Virus record (IMG/VR): IMGVR_UViG_3300028284_000458
Span: 1 to 61,923 of that record
Strand: one strand, 5' to 3'
Length of the DNA: 61,923 nucleotides
Source of the DNA: a virus
Taxonomy: Duplodnaviria > Caudoviricetes
Made by a program: the position numbers and the translations under genes. The notes below the pieces were generated by a model. That model was not told the origin of the DNA and made no database searches. It saw nothing but the letters and a program-made list of their open reading frames with translations. Shown piece after piece: positions 1 through 9,644 of this stretch. Within the stretch, counting starts at the first letter, position 1. Each line of letters opens with the position of its first letter.

Positions 1-171
1 ACCTACATACACATTATCTTTACCAAACTTTTTTACAAGGTGCTGGTAAGTTCCATAGTGTCCTTTATGCATAGGTTGAAACCTACCCACATAGATAACT
101 ACTGTTTTTTTAATAGGATTTTCATCCTCAAGTAGTATTTGCTCTACCAAGTATTTTGAAAGTTCACTCAT
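1..171 (-). CDS. Cytidyltransferase-like (HxGH nucleotidyltransferase) protein, N-terminal part; runs off the window
   Basis: Manual translation from ATG 171: MSELSKYLVEQILLEDENPIKKTVVIYVGRFQPMHKGHYGTYQHLVKKFGKDNVYVG. GRFQPxHxGH is the nucleotidyltransferase signature. Not in the ORF track. Confidence 0.8.
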   Translation of the reverse strand, partial: MSELSKYLVEQILLEDENPIKKTVVIYVGRFQPMHKGHYGTYQHLVKKFGKDNVYVG

Positions 172-192
172 ATGAATTACACACTATTAGTA

Positions 193-201
193 TATAAATA
201 T
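193..201 (-). promoter_or_regulatory. ATATTTATA candidate late promoter
   Basis: Recurrent intergenic motif, 21 nt upstream of ATG 171. Confidence 0.55.
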
Positions 202-215
202 AAAGTATTGGATAA

Positions 216-332
216 TTAGTGATTTTTATAAGTAAAGGGATCTCTTTTTCGCAGTTCTTCTAATTTTTTTTTGTATACCTTATCCAATTTACGTTTCTTA
301 AGATACATTTTAATAATTTTTACTATATTCAT
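216..332 (-). CDS. Small basic hypothetical protein (38 aa)
   Basis: Manual translation MNIVKIIKMYLKKRKLDKVYKKKLEELRKRDPFTYKNH*; fills the gap in the operon. Confidence 0.6.
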   Translation of the reverse strand: MNIVKIIKMYLKKRKLDKVYKKKLEELRKRDPFTYKNH

Positions 333-344
333 AATTTTGTATTT

Positions 345-938
345 TTATTTACAATCATCTATTTTTGAAAGTATTGGATTTTTACAAGGCCATTCCATAT
401 TAAACTTAGTATCATCCCATCTTAATCTATTCTGATTATCTACACTATTAAATTCACCAGAGTATGCTAGTTTGTAATTCATAATGCTATCATCCTCCAT
501 TACATAATGTCCACTTGCAAACATTGGTGGAACTAATACTTGAGTAGCCGTTTCTGGTGATAGGATAAAAGATTCTGATTTACCATATTGTGGATTAGTA
601 TTTAAATTACCTCCCCTTAAATCTAATATTACTAAATAAATTTTTCCATGAGTACATGATATCAGTTTCCAAGTTTTGTTATCATAATACATTCCTCTCA
701 AAACTCCTTCTTTTGATTTAACATATCCATCATGTTTAAATTTTAATCCTGAATTTCTATCAACTGCAGGTAATATTCTATCATAATAATCAGTATGATA
801 TGTTGTTGAGGCAGAACCTCTTAATTCATACTGAGTTGATGGTTGTATAATCTTTACCTGATTTAGTATACTTCCATGGTAGAAGTGAAAATCATTCCAA
901 TCTCTTTCTTTATAAAATATACTACGCCCTTGTGCCAT
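345..938 (-). CDS. rmlC: dTDP-4-dehydrorhamnose 3,5-epimerase family (RmlC-like cupin)
   Basis: Motifs SKxGVLRGM, LISCxxGxIYxVxxDLR, VPPMFAxGH, xWDDxxxxxEWP, LSxxD. Start moved to MAQGRS (938) to remove a long overlap. The usual RG[LM]H His appears as Tyr. Confidence 0.8.
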   Translation of the reverse strand: MAQGRSIFYKERDWNDFHFYHGSILNQVKIIQPSTQYELRGSASTTYHTDYYDRILPAVDRNSGLKFKHDGYVKSKEGVLRGMYYDNKTWKLISCTHGKIYLVILDLRGGNLNTNPQYGKSESFILSPETATQVLVPPMFASGHYVMEDDSIMNYKLAYSGEFNSVDNQNRLRWDDTKFNMEWPCKNPILSKIDDCK

Positions 939-1635
939 AACTTTGCTTTTGTTTTTTAATAAAGGAATCCCAATCTTCTTGTGTTCCCCAATCAATGAAA
1001 TCTCGTGTACTTCTGCTAAAAAATGTTTTTCCATTTAATAACATTTTAAAAATTACATGTGATATGTAGATTTCTCCTTCTTGTTTTATGGATTCATATG
1101 TATCTACAAATTCCCTTGCATCTGAAAATGTATACAAGCCACAACAAAAATCCGATGAAATTACATTCTTCTCTACAATCGTTAAAACTTCTCCGCTATC
1201 ATTCTTTTTTATATATGATTTATTTCCAGGTGTTATGTTTGTACAATTATTCAAAGAATATGTACAAACTTCGTTTTTCTCAATCGTATCTATTTTAAAA
1301 TAATCATCTGCATCCTTAATAAATATAGAACCTGTTATATTCTTTTTATCAATTGTCTGTGAAACTGTATCCGATGCACTATGTGTATCATTTTCAAGTA
1401 ATAATAATTCGAAATTTGAAACATCTTTAAATTGTAAATTTACCAATTCAATGAGTTCATTTGTTAAATGTCTTTTTAATGCAACTATAATAATACGGTC
1501 AAATGTACTTAATGGTAATCCCTGAATTGATTCAAATACCATCAAATTTCCACTTGGATGTTCAAGTAACCATTTTGGTAGTTTAGTAGTAAATCTACTG
1601 CTTTTACCTGCACATGGAATTATAAGATTTCGCAT
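922..1635 (-). CDS. Sugar-phosphate nucleotidyltransferase (NTP_transferase/GT-A fold)
   Basis: N-terminal IIPCAGKSSRF..PK motif; C-terminal DWGT. Confidence 0.8.
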   Translation of the reverse strand: MRNLIIPCAGKSSRFTTKLPKWLLEHPSGNLMVFESIQGLPLSTFDRIIIVALKRHLTNELIELVNLQFKDVSNFELLLLENDTHSASDTVSQTIDKKNITGSIFIKDADDYFKIDTIEKNEVCTYSLNNCTNITPGNKSYIKKNDSGEVLTIVEKNVISSDFCCGLYTFSDAREFVDTYESIKQEGEIYISHVIFKMLLNGKTFFSRSTRDFIDWGTQEDWDSFIKKQKQSYGTRA

Positions 1636-2369
1636 AACTTATTAATATTAGTTTCTAAATATTTTTTTATTTTAACATTATTCGTATATGGATAAATACG
1701 TTGTAAATTAATTATTTGTAATAACTCATATTTTTCTATTGGATAATTTTCCACCAACCAATCATCAATATATGATAATCCAAGTTTTATTTTAGATAAA
1801 TCGGTTACACTACTTATCATATTTAAAGACCAGTGTAGATGTGTATCTTGTCTTAACTTTACCAAATCCATAGTTGGTGATTCAATATATGAATCTAAAA
1901 AATCTATTAAATATATCTCATCCGTGAATATCATGTTTGAAAGAGTCATATCTCCATGAGCCAATCCTACCTTTATTCGTATATCAAGTTCATTATCTAG
2001 TAGTGGTAACAAAGCATCACCATTTGGTAATGATTTTAATTTATTTTTTAGTATCTGTACAGGTATCGTGGTTTCTCCAATAATACGCTCTTTAAAGTAT
2101 CCATCTATTTTACGTATCAACCCATCTAAATCTCGTTTAGTTGCTAAAGTAAAAAATTGGGAAAACGATTCTCCTTGAATATATTCCATTGAGAAGGAAT
2201 CATTATTTATTTCAATTACAGCAGGTGATTTAAAGTGATTGGATTTAAATTCTTTTTGTTTTAGTGCAGACTTTACTAACCTAATATCATCAATATCTGA
2301 TGATTTTGACACAACATTTTCATGTAGTTTTAAATTATAGTTACTATGTCCTTTTACTTTAAAATCCAA
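1620..2369 (-). CDS. APH/choline-kinase-like small-molecule phosphotransferase
   Basis: GHS Gly-loop, MEYIxG, HGDMTLSN Brenner motif, LIDF. Confidence 0.8.
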   Translation of the reverse strand: MDFKVKGHSNYNLKLHENVVSKSSDIDDIRLVKSALKQKEFKSNHFKSPAVIEINNDSFSMEYIQGESFSQFFTLATKRDLDGLIRKIDGYFKERIIGETTIPVQILKNKLKSLPNGDALLPLLDNELDIRIKVGLAHGDMTLSNMIFTDEIYLIDFLDSYIESPTMDLVKLRQDTHLHWSLNMISSVTDLSKIKLGLSYIDDWLVENYPIEKYELLQIINLQRIYPYTNNVKIKKYLETNINKLCEIL

Positions 2370-3349
2370 TCGTAATCTTTTATGTTATCAGTAATCTGTA
2401 ATCTTACCCAGTCTGTTCCTCTTTCTGGTATTACACAATTTTTTCTAAATTCCACATCTCGTTCCATGTGTTTTAATAATGGCAAATCACGTTCTCTTAT
2501 GTGAAACCAATTACATACAGATGGTATAAACTTAATTCCTCTATCATATAATTTAATTAATAATTCACTACGAGTTTTTTTTACATTTAATATGTATTCA
2601 TCTGCGAAATCTTTATTTTTACATATTGTTTGTATCCATTTTAAAGTTTGACCAGATACTTCGTACATATCTCTATATTGAATCATAGAATCTATGTTTT
2701 GTTTCTGAGAAAATATTACTCCAAATCTAGCACCTGCAGAACCATATGCTTTTGAAAATGTTCGAGTAACATATAGATTGGGGTATTTATCTATTAACTC
2801 AATACAACTTCTTTCATTTGAAAATTCTATATATGCCTCATCTATTAAAGTAGGTACTCCCTTATCGAGTATTCTAAGTATGTCATAATATGAAATTGCA
2901 TCTCCTATTGGTGAAGATGGATTTGATATAATTACAATAGAGTTTTTAGTAATAGATTTTAAAAAAGATTCAATTGGAAACTTTATTATATTATATGGTA
3001 TGGAGTGTATTTTTAAATCATACATTTGTCCATATACTCCAAACATAGGAAATGTAGGTTCTGAAATTATTAATTTTTTTCTTCCCCTTAACCAATGTTT
3101 TTTTGAATTAGACTGTACAAAGTACTTTATACATCTATCAGAACCAAATCCCATTAAAAAGTTATCATTTCCATAAAAATCAGATAATGGTTCTTTGAGT
3201 TCTTCCGTGTTTGGATAAAACCTTAAATCATCTTCTGTGAGTGAATCTTTATAATCTTTAAATACGTTTGCCCAAGATGTATTTCTTTCTGCAGAATGCA
3301 ATCTTAGTTTTTTGTGAGATATCGATGGGTTAAATTTTCTTTGTATCAT
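2354..3349 (-). CDS. PLP-dependent class I/II aminotransferase or decarboxylase (HisC/CobD-like)
   Basis: NPSSPIG, IDEAYIEF, RTFSKAYGxAGxRFG (PLP Lys). Confidence 0.85.
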   Translation of the reverse strand: MIQRKFNPSISHKKLRLHSAERNTSWANVFKDYKDSLTEDDLRFYPNTEELKEPLSDFYGNDNFLMGFGSDRCIKYFVQSNSKKHWLRGRKKLIISEPTFPMFGVYGQMYDLKIHSIPYNIIKFPIESFLKSITKNSIVIISNPSSPIGDAISYYDILRILDKGVPTLIDEAYIEFSNERSCIELIDKYPNLYVTRTFSKAYGSAGARFGVIFSQKQNIDSMIQYRDMYEVSGQTLKWIQTICKNKDFADEYILNVKKTRSELLIKLYDRGIKFIPSVCNWFHIRERDLPLLKHMERDVEFRKNCVIPERGTDWVRLQITDNIKDYDWILK

Positions 3350-4179
3350 ACAAATCTTCCTCTATAATAATCGTGATTGTGTTCTTGTTGTTTATTGAAT
3401 TTATTGATTTCTATATATTGTTCCCTTTGTGGAAGTTTTGAAAATCTTTTTAATTCTGATAACATTGATGGTGTCATAGATACTTTACCATCCCTAGTTT
3501 CATCTATTTCTAATATTGTAAAATGTCTTTCTAATACATCAATACCTTGAAATATTGCTAATTTTGTTGTAAGTAAATTATCTTCATGTGGATTGGAATG
3601 ATCACTATAACCTACTTTATCTAAACCAAAATAAAATCTATAAAAATCTATATTTTGTAGATTTGCCTTTTCTAAAGGAGTTGGATAAACACAAGTACAT
3701 CCAAGTAGGCAAAAGTCTATATTCATTTCTTTAAGATTGGTTACAGTTTTACTTATTTCATCTAAAGTTAAACTTGATGCAGAAAAGTATAATGTTTTGA
3801 ACTTTATATCTTTTAATAATTTACCATATCCAAACGCAGGTATTGAGTATCCAGATAGTTTCAAATTATCATAACCCAATGAATTAAAATATTCTGTGTG
3901 TCTTGGTGTGAATAATGTAGTCATAGATTCTACATCATGTTCCTTACATTTATCTATAAAGAATTTTTCATCTTCCCATGATAATTCAATACCCTTTAAT
4001 CTTTGGTACTCTTCCTTATATGGTCTAAACTCTTCATACTCTTCTCTCTCAGTAAACGTATCTGCTTTAATGGATTGTATTTTTAATATATCACTATCCA
4101 CAGCTGCAAACTCTATCATAGATTCTAGAATAGCTCTATCACCATTATGATTTTGACATAACTCTGAGATTATTTTCAT
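3346..4179 (-). CDS. neuB: NeuB-family nonulosonic acid synthase (lacks the C-terminal SAF/AFP-like domain)
   Basis: IISELCQNHNGD, CxxxYPTP, GYSDHS, ERHFT motifs. Confidence 0.85.
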   Translation of the reverse strand: MKIISELCQNHNGDRAILESMIEFAAVDSDILKIQSIKADTFTEREEYEEFRPYKEEYQRLKGIELSWEDEKFFIDKCKEHDVESMTTLFTPRHTEYFNSLGYDNLKLSGYSIPAFGYGKLLKDIKFKTLYFSASSLTLDEISKTVTNLKEMNIDFCLLGCTCVYPTPLEKANLQNIDFYRFYFGLDKVGYSDHSNPHEDNLLTTKLAIFQGIDVLERHFTILEIDETRDGKVSMTPSMLSELKRFSKLPQREQYIEINKFNKQQEHNHDYYRGRFV

Positions 4180-4181
4180 AA

Positions 4182-5006
4182 CTAATTTATTTTTTCGATT
4201 ACTCTATTATATGCTTTTTCTTGAGATTCCAATGCAGTACCCCCAACATGTGGTGTTATTATAATTTTATTATTTTTTATTGATAATAAAATAGAATTTT
4301 TAACACTATGTTCATTTTGGATAACATCAGTTGCATATCCTTTTATTTTATCTTCATTTATTAGAGTTAAAATATCCAATTCATTGATAATCTCTCCTCT
4401 ACTTGTATTTACTATATATATTTGTTTTTGAAATTTTGATATATATTCCGAATCTATCATACCAATATTTTCATCACGCAAATCTACATTTATACTTAAG
4501 AAATCAGTTTCATTAAAAAATTGACTATCTGTATAATTTATATCTGATGTGTATACATTTTTAAATATTGGTTTACAGATATGTTCAATCATTTTTCCTA
4601 ATCTACCATATCCAAGAATACCAAGAGTTTTTTCATGTAACTCTACAATATTTTTTGTATTTCTTGGTAGTGATAACATTAAATATAAATTGTGTTCGGC
4701 AGTTGACCATATGTTTTCCAAAACCTTGTCATTTTTAATTGAAATAACAGGTATTGATACATCTATATGATTTGTTCCAGTTGATGGAGATACTACCATA
4801 GATATTTTTGTATTTTTTATAAAATCATCTGTTATTTGAAACTTTTGGTAATTTGGTGCAGAAAACAAATAATCACTAGTTTGTATACTATACTTTTGTT
4901 CCAATTCTGTTAAGTCTGATAAATCTAAACATTTGTATTTAGATTCAACATTTTTTTTAAAATTTGGTAAGTGCTTGTATGGTGTTAAAAATGCAATTCG
5001 TTTCAT
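4182..5006 (-). CDS. D-isomer-specific 2-hydroxyacid dehydrogenase (SerA-like)
   Basis: TGTNHID, TAEH, GILGYGRLG, NTSRG, TPHVGG. Start at MKRIAF gives an ATGA overlap with the upstream gene. Confidence 0.85.
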   Translation of the reverse strand: MKRIAFLTPYKHLPNFKKNVESKYKCLDLSDLTELEQKYSIQTSDYLFSAPNYQKFQITDDFIKNTKISMVVSPSTGTNHIDVSIPVISIKNDKVLENIWSTAEHNLYLMLSLPRNTKNIVELHEKTLGILGYGRLGKMIEHICKPIFKNVYTSDINYTDSQFFNETDFLSINVDLRDENIGMIDSEYISKFQKQIYIVNTSRGEIINELDILTLINEDKIKGYATDVIQNEHSVKNSILLSIKNNKIIITPHVGGTALESQEKAYNRVIEKIN

Positions 5007-6466
5007 GGTGTGTAAAATGTTTCTGGTAATATCCATTCTTTATAGTTTTTACCAGTTTTCCAATATTCATGCTCACAATTTATTATTGCAACTTTATTAT
5101 CATTACTTCGTGTCATAGATACTTCGGAATTTATACAAAATAAAAATTCATGTATATCTCTATCATTTATTCCAATTACACGTTCTTCTATGTACATACA
5201 AATTCCACTAAAATTATTTTTTGTTACTAGCTCTTTCCAGTTATCAGCGGAAGGTGTAACAAAACATTCATCAAGAGATACGTAATTTGGTTGAAACGCA
5301 AACGTTTTAGAATTTGAAAATACATCTTTCAACAATTCCTTATTTTCTTGTAAAAAATTGTAATATTTTTTTAGTAATTCAGTTTCATTATCTGAAAACA
5401 TCCCATCTTCGTTAGGAATCATAGTATCCCACGGCATATCATTATTGAAAACCATAGCCCCATAGCTATCATATGATTCTGATATACTGTTTCCATATTT
5501 TATTCGAGGCGGATATCCCCCTTTATGTTTACTATAGATATAGTATAAATGATGTTGGTTTATATTGTTTTTATTATCCGACCTTAGCGCGTTACTCGTA
5601 TATATGTAAAATTTGTTATTTGATAATAATTTATAAAAGTAATTAATAGATTTTAGTGATTTATACGTATACAAAGTAGATGAGTGGTAACTACGTTTAA
5701 GTCCTCCTAATAAAGTGTTAGGTTCTTTAATATCAAAACACTTTAGTATAGTAATATCATGTTCTTTGTGTGTTTTGAATCCTCTATCATAGTCAGTACC
5801 TGTAACATTTGGTGTTGAGAAACTAATTACTTTATTATTTTTATCTACCTTAGAATTTGGTCTATAAACTTTAAGTAACTGCTCAATTGATTCAATCTTT
5901 GTAATATAGTTACTCGAATTCATTTTAACATCAACATTATGTTTTTTATTTACATAAATTAATACATTTTTTAAATTGGTTCGTGTAAAAACACTAGCCT
6001 GTGCTCTTGTTTGACCTGGATGAATTATGAAACTATAATTATTTATTGAATCATCATTAAGATTTAGTGTTGTATTATCATACGATTCATCATTAGAAGA
6101 TTGGGGAAAAACTCTAACTTCCTTATATAAAGCTTTTGCATATGGTTTAAAACTTACATGTAGTGGTAAATTTGAATCAAAATCACAATCAAGTAATTCA
6201 TTTACTATATTAATACGTTGTCTTAATGTAACGGGACAATCACCATGCTCAAAATACTCATCTATAAGTTTGAATGTATTTGAGTAATCATCAAGTGATT
6301 TAAATAATCCTGAGTTATCATACATCCACCTATTTCTTAATGAAAAAGATGCATCATTTCCACAATCTCTAGCTGCAACTATCCATGGTAATGACGTAAC
6401 ATGATATATATCTTGTTTTGATAAAATTTCATTTATCATAGATTTATCATACTCTGATATAGTCAT
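5003..6466 (-). CDS. Hypothetical protein (possible ParB/Srx-like segment)
   Basis: 487-aa ORF in the operon; IIHPGQTR weakly resembles the ParB-like GxxR motif. Confidence 0.6.
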   Translation of the reverse strand: MTISEYDKSMINEILSKQDIYHVTSLPWIVAARDCGNDASFSLRNRWMYDNSGLFKSLDDYSNTFKLIDEYFEHGDCPVTLRQRINIVNELLDCDFDSNLPLHVSFKPYAKALYKEVRVFPQSSNDESYDNTTLNLNDDSINNYSFIIHPGQTRAQASVFTRTNLKNVLIYVNKKHNVDVKMNSSNYITKIESIEQLLKVYRPNSKVDKNNKVISFSTPNVTGTDYDRGFKTHKEHDITILKCFDIKEPNTLLGGLKRSYHSSTLYTYKSLKSINYFYKLLSNNKFYIYTSNALRSDNKNNINQHHLYYIYSKHKGGYPPRIKYGNSISESYDSYGAMVFNNDMPWDTMIPNEDGMFSDNETELLKKYYNFLQENKELLKDVFSNSKTFAFQPNYVSLDECFVTPSADNWKELVTKNNFSGICMYIEERVIGINDRDIHEFLFCINSEVSMTRSNDNKVAIINCEHEYWKTGKNYKEWILPETFYTP

Positions 6467-6475
6467 AATTTATAT

Positions 6476-7402
6476 TTAGTTACTAGTTTTTATATTTTCT
6501 AGCATTGGTACAAGTTCTTTATATGAACAATTTTTACAATGAGATGTTGGATTGTTTGTATTACATCCATTTTGTACATTTTGAAAATCTTCTGAACTTC
6601 GTATATCATCTAAACTTTCTTCAAATAGATTTCCGAATGGTTCAGCTGCGGTATTTAAACAACACATCTTTACATTACCCTCTACGGTTGTATATAATCC
6701 TTCATTAACCCAATAACAATCTTCATAATCCCATTTAGATTTTCCTTTTACATTATCACCCCAAGATTTTAAATACTGTAGTTGTTCATTAGTATATCCA
6801 CCAGGCATACTCTTATCTTCACTCCAATCTTGTGCAATATTTAAACGAAGTTCTTCTAAACCATATCCATCTACGATTTCATCACTTACTCTCTGTATAT
6901 CACTTACGTTTTGAGGGTTTACAACATAATTACAAGTTACTCTACAACCACGTCTATCCATTTCTTTGAAATCTTTTAGAAACGTTAATAATCTACTCCA
7001 CTTTGCAGGGGAACGGTCTCTTTCATAACTTTTATCATACCCATCAATTGAAAAGTATAGTAAATCAATATATTGTAATGCATCTTGAAATCGTTCCCTT
7101 AGAGGCCTTCCTTCACCAATATTATATTGACAATTGGTAGCAACTATTAAGAAAGCATCTGGAAAATATTCTTTAAATATTTTACATACTTCATTAAATT
7201 TTGGATGTAACATTGGCTCACCCATTCCCATTAGTTTAGCTTCAGTTATTGGGTGATGTTTTATACTTTCCATTAAAGTTCTAAACTTTTCGATGGGCAT
7301 GTGATTCAATGCACCAATTACTTCATCTCTATTACAAAATGAACAAGCAAGATTACAATAGTTTGTAGTTTCTAAGTAAACATATGTGATTGGTTTATTC
7401 AT
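6476..7402 (-). CDS. Radical SAM protein with C-terminal SPASM/twitch domain
   Basis: CNLACSFC (CxxxCxxC), GMGEP, SIDG, C-terminal C..CC..CxxC. Confidence 0.9.
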   Translation of the reverse strand: MNKPITYVYLETTNYCNLACSFCNRDEVIGALNHMPIEKFRTLMESIKHHPITEAKLMGMGEPMLHPKFNEVCKIFKEYFPDAFLIVATNCQYNIGEGRPLRERFQDALQYIDLLYFSIDGYDKSYERDRSPAKWSRLLTFLKDFKEMDRRGCRVTCNYVVNPQNVSDIQRVSDEIVDGYGLEELRLNIAQDWSEDKSMPGGYTNEQLQYLKSWGDNVKGKSKWDYEDCYWVNEGLYTTVEGNVKMCCLNTAAEPFGNLFEESLDDIRSSEDFQNVQNGCNTNNPTSHCKNCSYKELVPMLENIKTSN

Positions 7403-8051
7403 TATATATAAGTTTTGCTAATTTAAAATCTAATTCAGTATCTACATCAATTAGTTCATTTTCACTCCAATCTGTTACAAGTGGAAATGGATTATCTTTT
7501 GTGTTTGGAAACAATTCCCATTCAGATAACATATAATTTTTTTCATAAAACACTAAAGAGTGTGTGGCTAAATAAACCCAAGGTCCTGCAGTTGTAGATA
7601 ATCTATCATTTGGTTTAAAATTTATTGGATTTTTTGTTTTATCCCAAAAAAAGTTTCTTTCTTTCTGAACCGTTATTGCACTCTTACAATCCGATTGTTT
7701 AAACCAATCTATTAATTTCTGCAGCTCCTCTACTTTAACAAACGGTTGACACGGATTATAGTTTACTATAAACTCTGATTTTACATTTTCTAAATGTCTA
7801 TACATTATCGAGTGATGACAATTACCTGGTGCAACCGAATCATAATCTCTATTTAGTATTTGTACCCCATCAATAACTTTATCTTTTAGTTCTTGGTCAT
7901 ACACTGCAAGATACTTTTCATCCACATCCAACTTACTTAAATTATCTAAGGCAATATCAATCAATGTTGTATTACCAAAAGGTCTTAAATGTTTATTAGG
8001 ACATCTAGTACTTGTTTTTCTTGCATGTGCAATTGCTGCAATTGTTTTCAT
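7395..8051 (-). CDS. Acylneuraminate (CMP-nonulosonate) cytidylyltransferase family, NeuA-like
   Basis: ARKxSxRxxNKxxRxF, CQPF, IDVDTExDF motifs. Confidence 0.8.
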   Translation of the reverse strand: MKTIAAIAHARKTSTRCPNKHLRPFGNTTLIDIALDNLSKLDVDEKYLAVYDQELKDKVIDGVQILNRDYDSVAPGNCHHSIMYRHLENVKSEFIVNYNPCQPFVKVEELQKLIDWFKQSDCKSAITVQKERNFFWDKTKNPINFKPNDRLSTTAGPWVYLATHSLVFYEKNYMLSEWELFPNTKDNPFPLVTDWSENELIDVDTELDFKLAKLIYNE

Positions 8052-8785
8052 AATATTTTTTCTATTTTAATAATATCATCAGGCGTATCTACTGAAACTC
8101 CATCGTATTCTACATTTATACATTTTATACAAATCCCATGTTCAATAAATCGTAACATTTCAACATCTTCTATATTTTCTAATGTTGATTTTCTATACAT
8201 GCCTAATCTATAAAATTCATCCAAATCCTTTTTTAAAAACCCATAAATTGGTACATGTTTATATGCGTTTATAAAATTTTTGTTTTTTGTAGTTGGGATT
8301 GGTGATCTAGATGCAAATAGTAAACTACTATCATCTCCCGTTACTACTTTTACAATATTTGGATTTCTAAATTCATCTTCTTCATATATTTTTGTCTTAC
8401 ATGTTATAGTATATTTATTTAACTTACTATATTCATATAAATTAGATATCACACTTTCTGTAATCATCGGCTCATCACCCTGTACGTTTATTATGTATGT
8501 ATCATCACTAAACTTTTTGGATGCTTCTGCAACTCTATCAGTTCCAGTTAAACAATCACTAGAGGTAAGTATAACATTGTAACCATACTCCATACACATC
8601 TTTTCAATCCGTATATCATCAGTTGCAACATAAACAGATTCTTTACCAAATGAAGATTCACAAGACATACATGTTCTGATTATCATTGGAATTCCGTTTA
8701 ATTTAATTAACGGTTTTCCAGGCAATCTACTTGATTCAAATCTTGCAGGTATAATGATTACCGTATTCATATTTTCCCTACCCAT
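8048..8785 (-). CDS. kdsB: 3-deoxy-manno-octulosonate cytidylyltransferase (CMP-Kdo synthetase)
   Basis: IPARFESSRLPGKPL, TGTDRVAE, NVQGDEP, LExxEDVEMLR, SVDTPDD. Confidence 0.9.
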   Translation of the reverse strand: MGRENMNTVIIIPARFESSRLPGKPLIKLNGIPMIIRTCMSCESSFGKESVYVATDDIRIEKMCMEYGYNVILTSSDCLTGTDRVAEASKKFSDDTYIINVQGDEPMITESVISNLYEYSKLNKYTITCKTKIYEEDEFRNPNIVKVVTGDDSSLLFASRSPIPTTKNKNFINAYKHVPIYGFLKKDLDEFYRLGMYRKSTLENIEDVEMLRFIEHGICIKCINVEYDGVSVDTPDDIIKIEKIL

Positions 8786-9644
8786 ACGTTTCCACTAATT
8801 TATCACTAATATAAAATTGTAATTTTTTATTTTTTTTATCTATAATCATTTTTGTTCTATATTCACCAAAATAATCACCCAATTTCATTTCCCATTGTTT
8901 GTTTGATAAATCATCAATAGTAACATAGTTACTCAATTTCTTATATGGAGATTGTACAAATATTGGAACTGCACTACCCAATGATGATAAGAATAACATT
9001 CGGTGAGTACCCCTATCTAACATATAACTTGTACTATTATAACAAATTGGATATATTATTCCATTTTTTTTCATATTAACATATTGCCTTTCATCCAAAT
9101 CAATTCTCCATGCAAATTCTTCATACGTTCTAAAGAAGTTTGTTATTGAAATTTTAGTAGGATATTTTATATCAAAAAGTGCAGATACTTCATCTATCGA
9201 TTCTTTACTTAAATCCGTTTTATCAATCTCTTTCATAAACTCCCTATATATTTCTATATTTGGATTTGAATGTACTGCTTTCTGATATTTATCAAAGAAT
9301 ATACTTGGAATTTCTAAATACATGAAAGAATCCCATGTTTTGTTTAACCCAGTCATATCCATTGATACCACATCTGATTTGGTTACAGTTTCCGTATTAT
9401 CATCATTTCGTATCCAATGGCATTTCGGAGGATATCCCCACCAAAATCCATCATCATCCTTTTCATCAACATCAGAATTAAATGGAACTGTATTAGTTCC
9501 ATCATTTGCTTCTGATTCTAAATTACTTTGTATTCTAAGTTCTGTTTCATTATACAAATCGATAACCTCTTGATATGGTATAATATCAAATGGCTTAAGG
9601 TGTTGAAATACATCAAATAAATATTTTACTTTACTTTTCTTCAT
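8778..9644 (-). CDS. Hypothetical protein with ParB/Srx-like motif
   Basis: NGIIYPI...LDRGTHR resembles the ParB-like DGxHR motif. Confidence 0.55.
   Translation of the reverse strand: MKKSKVKYLFDVFQHLKPFDIIPYQEVIDLYNETELRIQSNLESEANDGTNTVPFNSDVDEKDDDGFWWGYPPKCHWIRNDDNTETVTKSDVVSMDMTGLNKTWDSFMYLEIPSIFFDKYQKAVHSNPNIEIYREFMKEIDKTDLSKESIDEVSALFDIKYPTKISITNFFRTYEEFAWRIDLDERQYVNMKKNGIIYPICYNSTSYMLDRGTHRMLFLSSLGSAVPIFVQSPYKKLSNYVTIDDLSNKQWEMKLGDYFGEYRTKMIIDKKNKKLQFYISDKLVETYG

Noticed and set aside
939-1034. Extended N-termini given in the ORF track (also 5007-5036, 17035-17061, 17856-17897, 35732-35749, 40820-40840)
   Set aside because: They create long overlaps or run into the promoter motif; downstream ATGs give typical short overlaps
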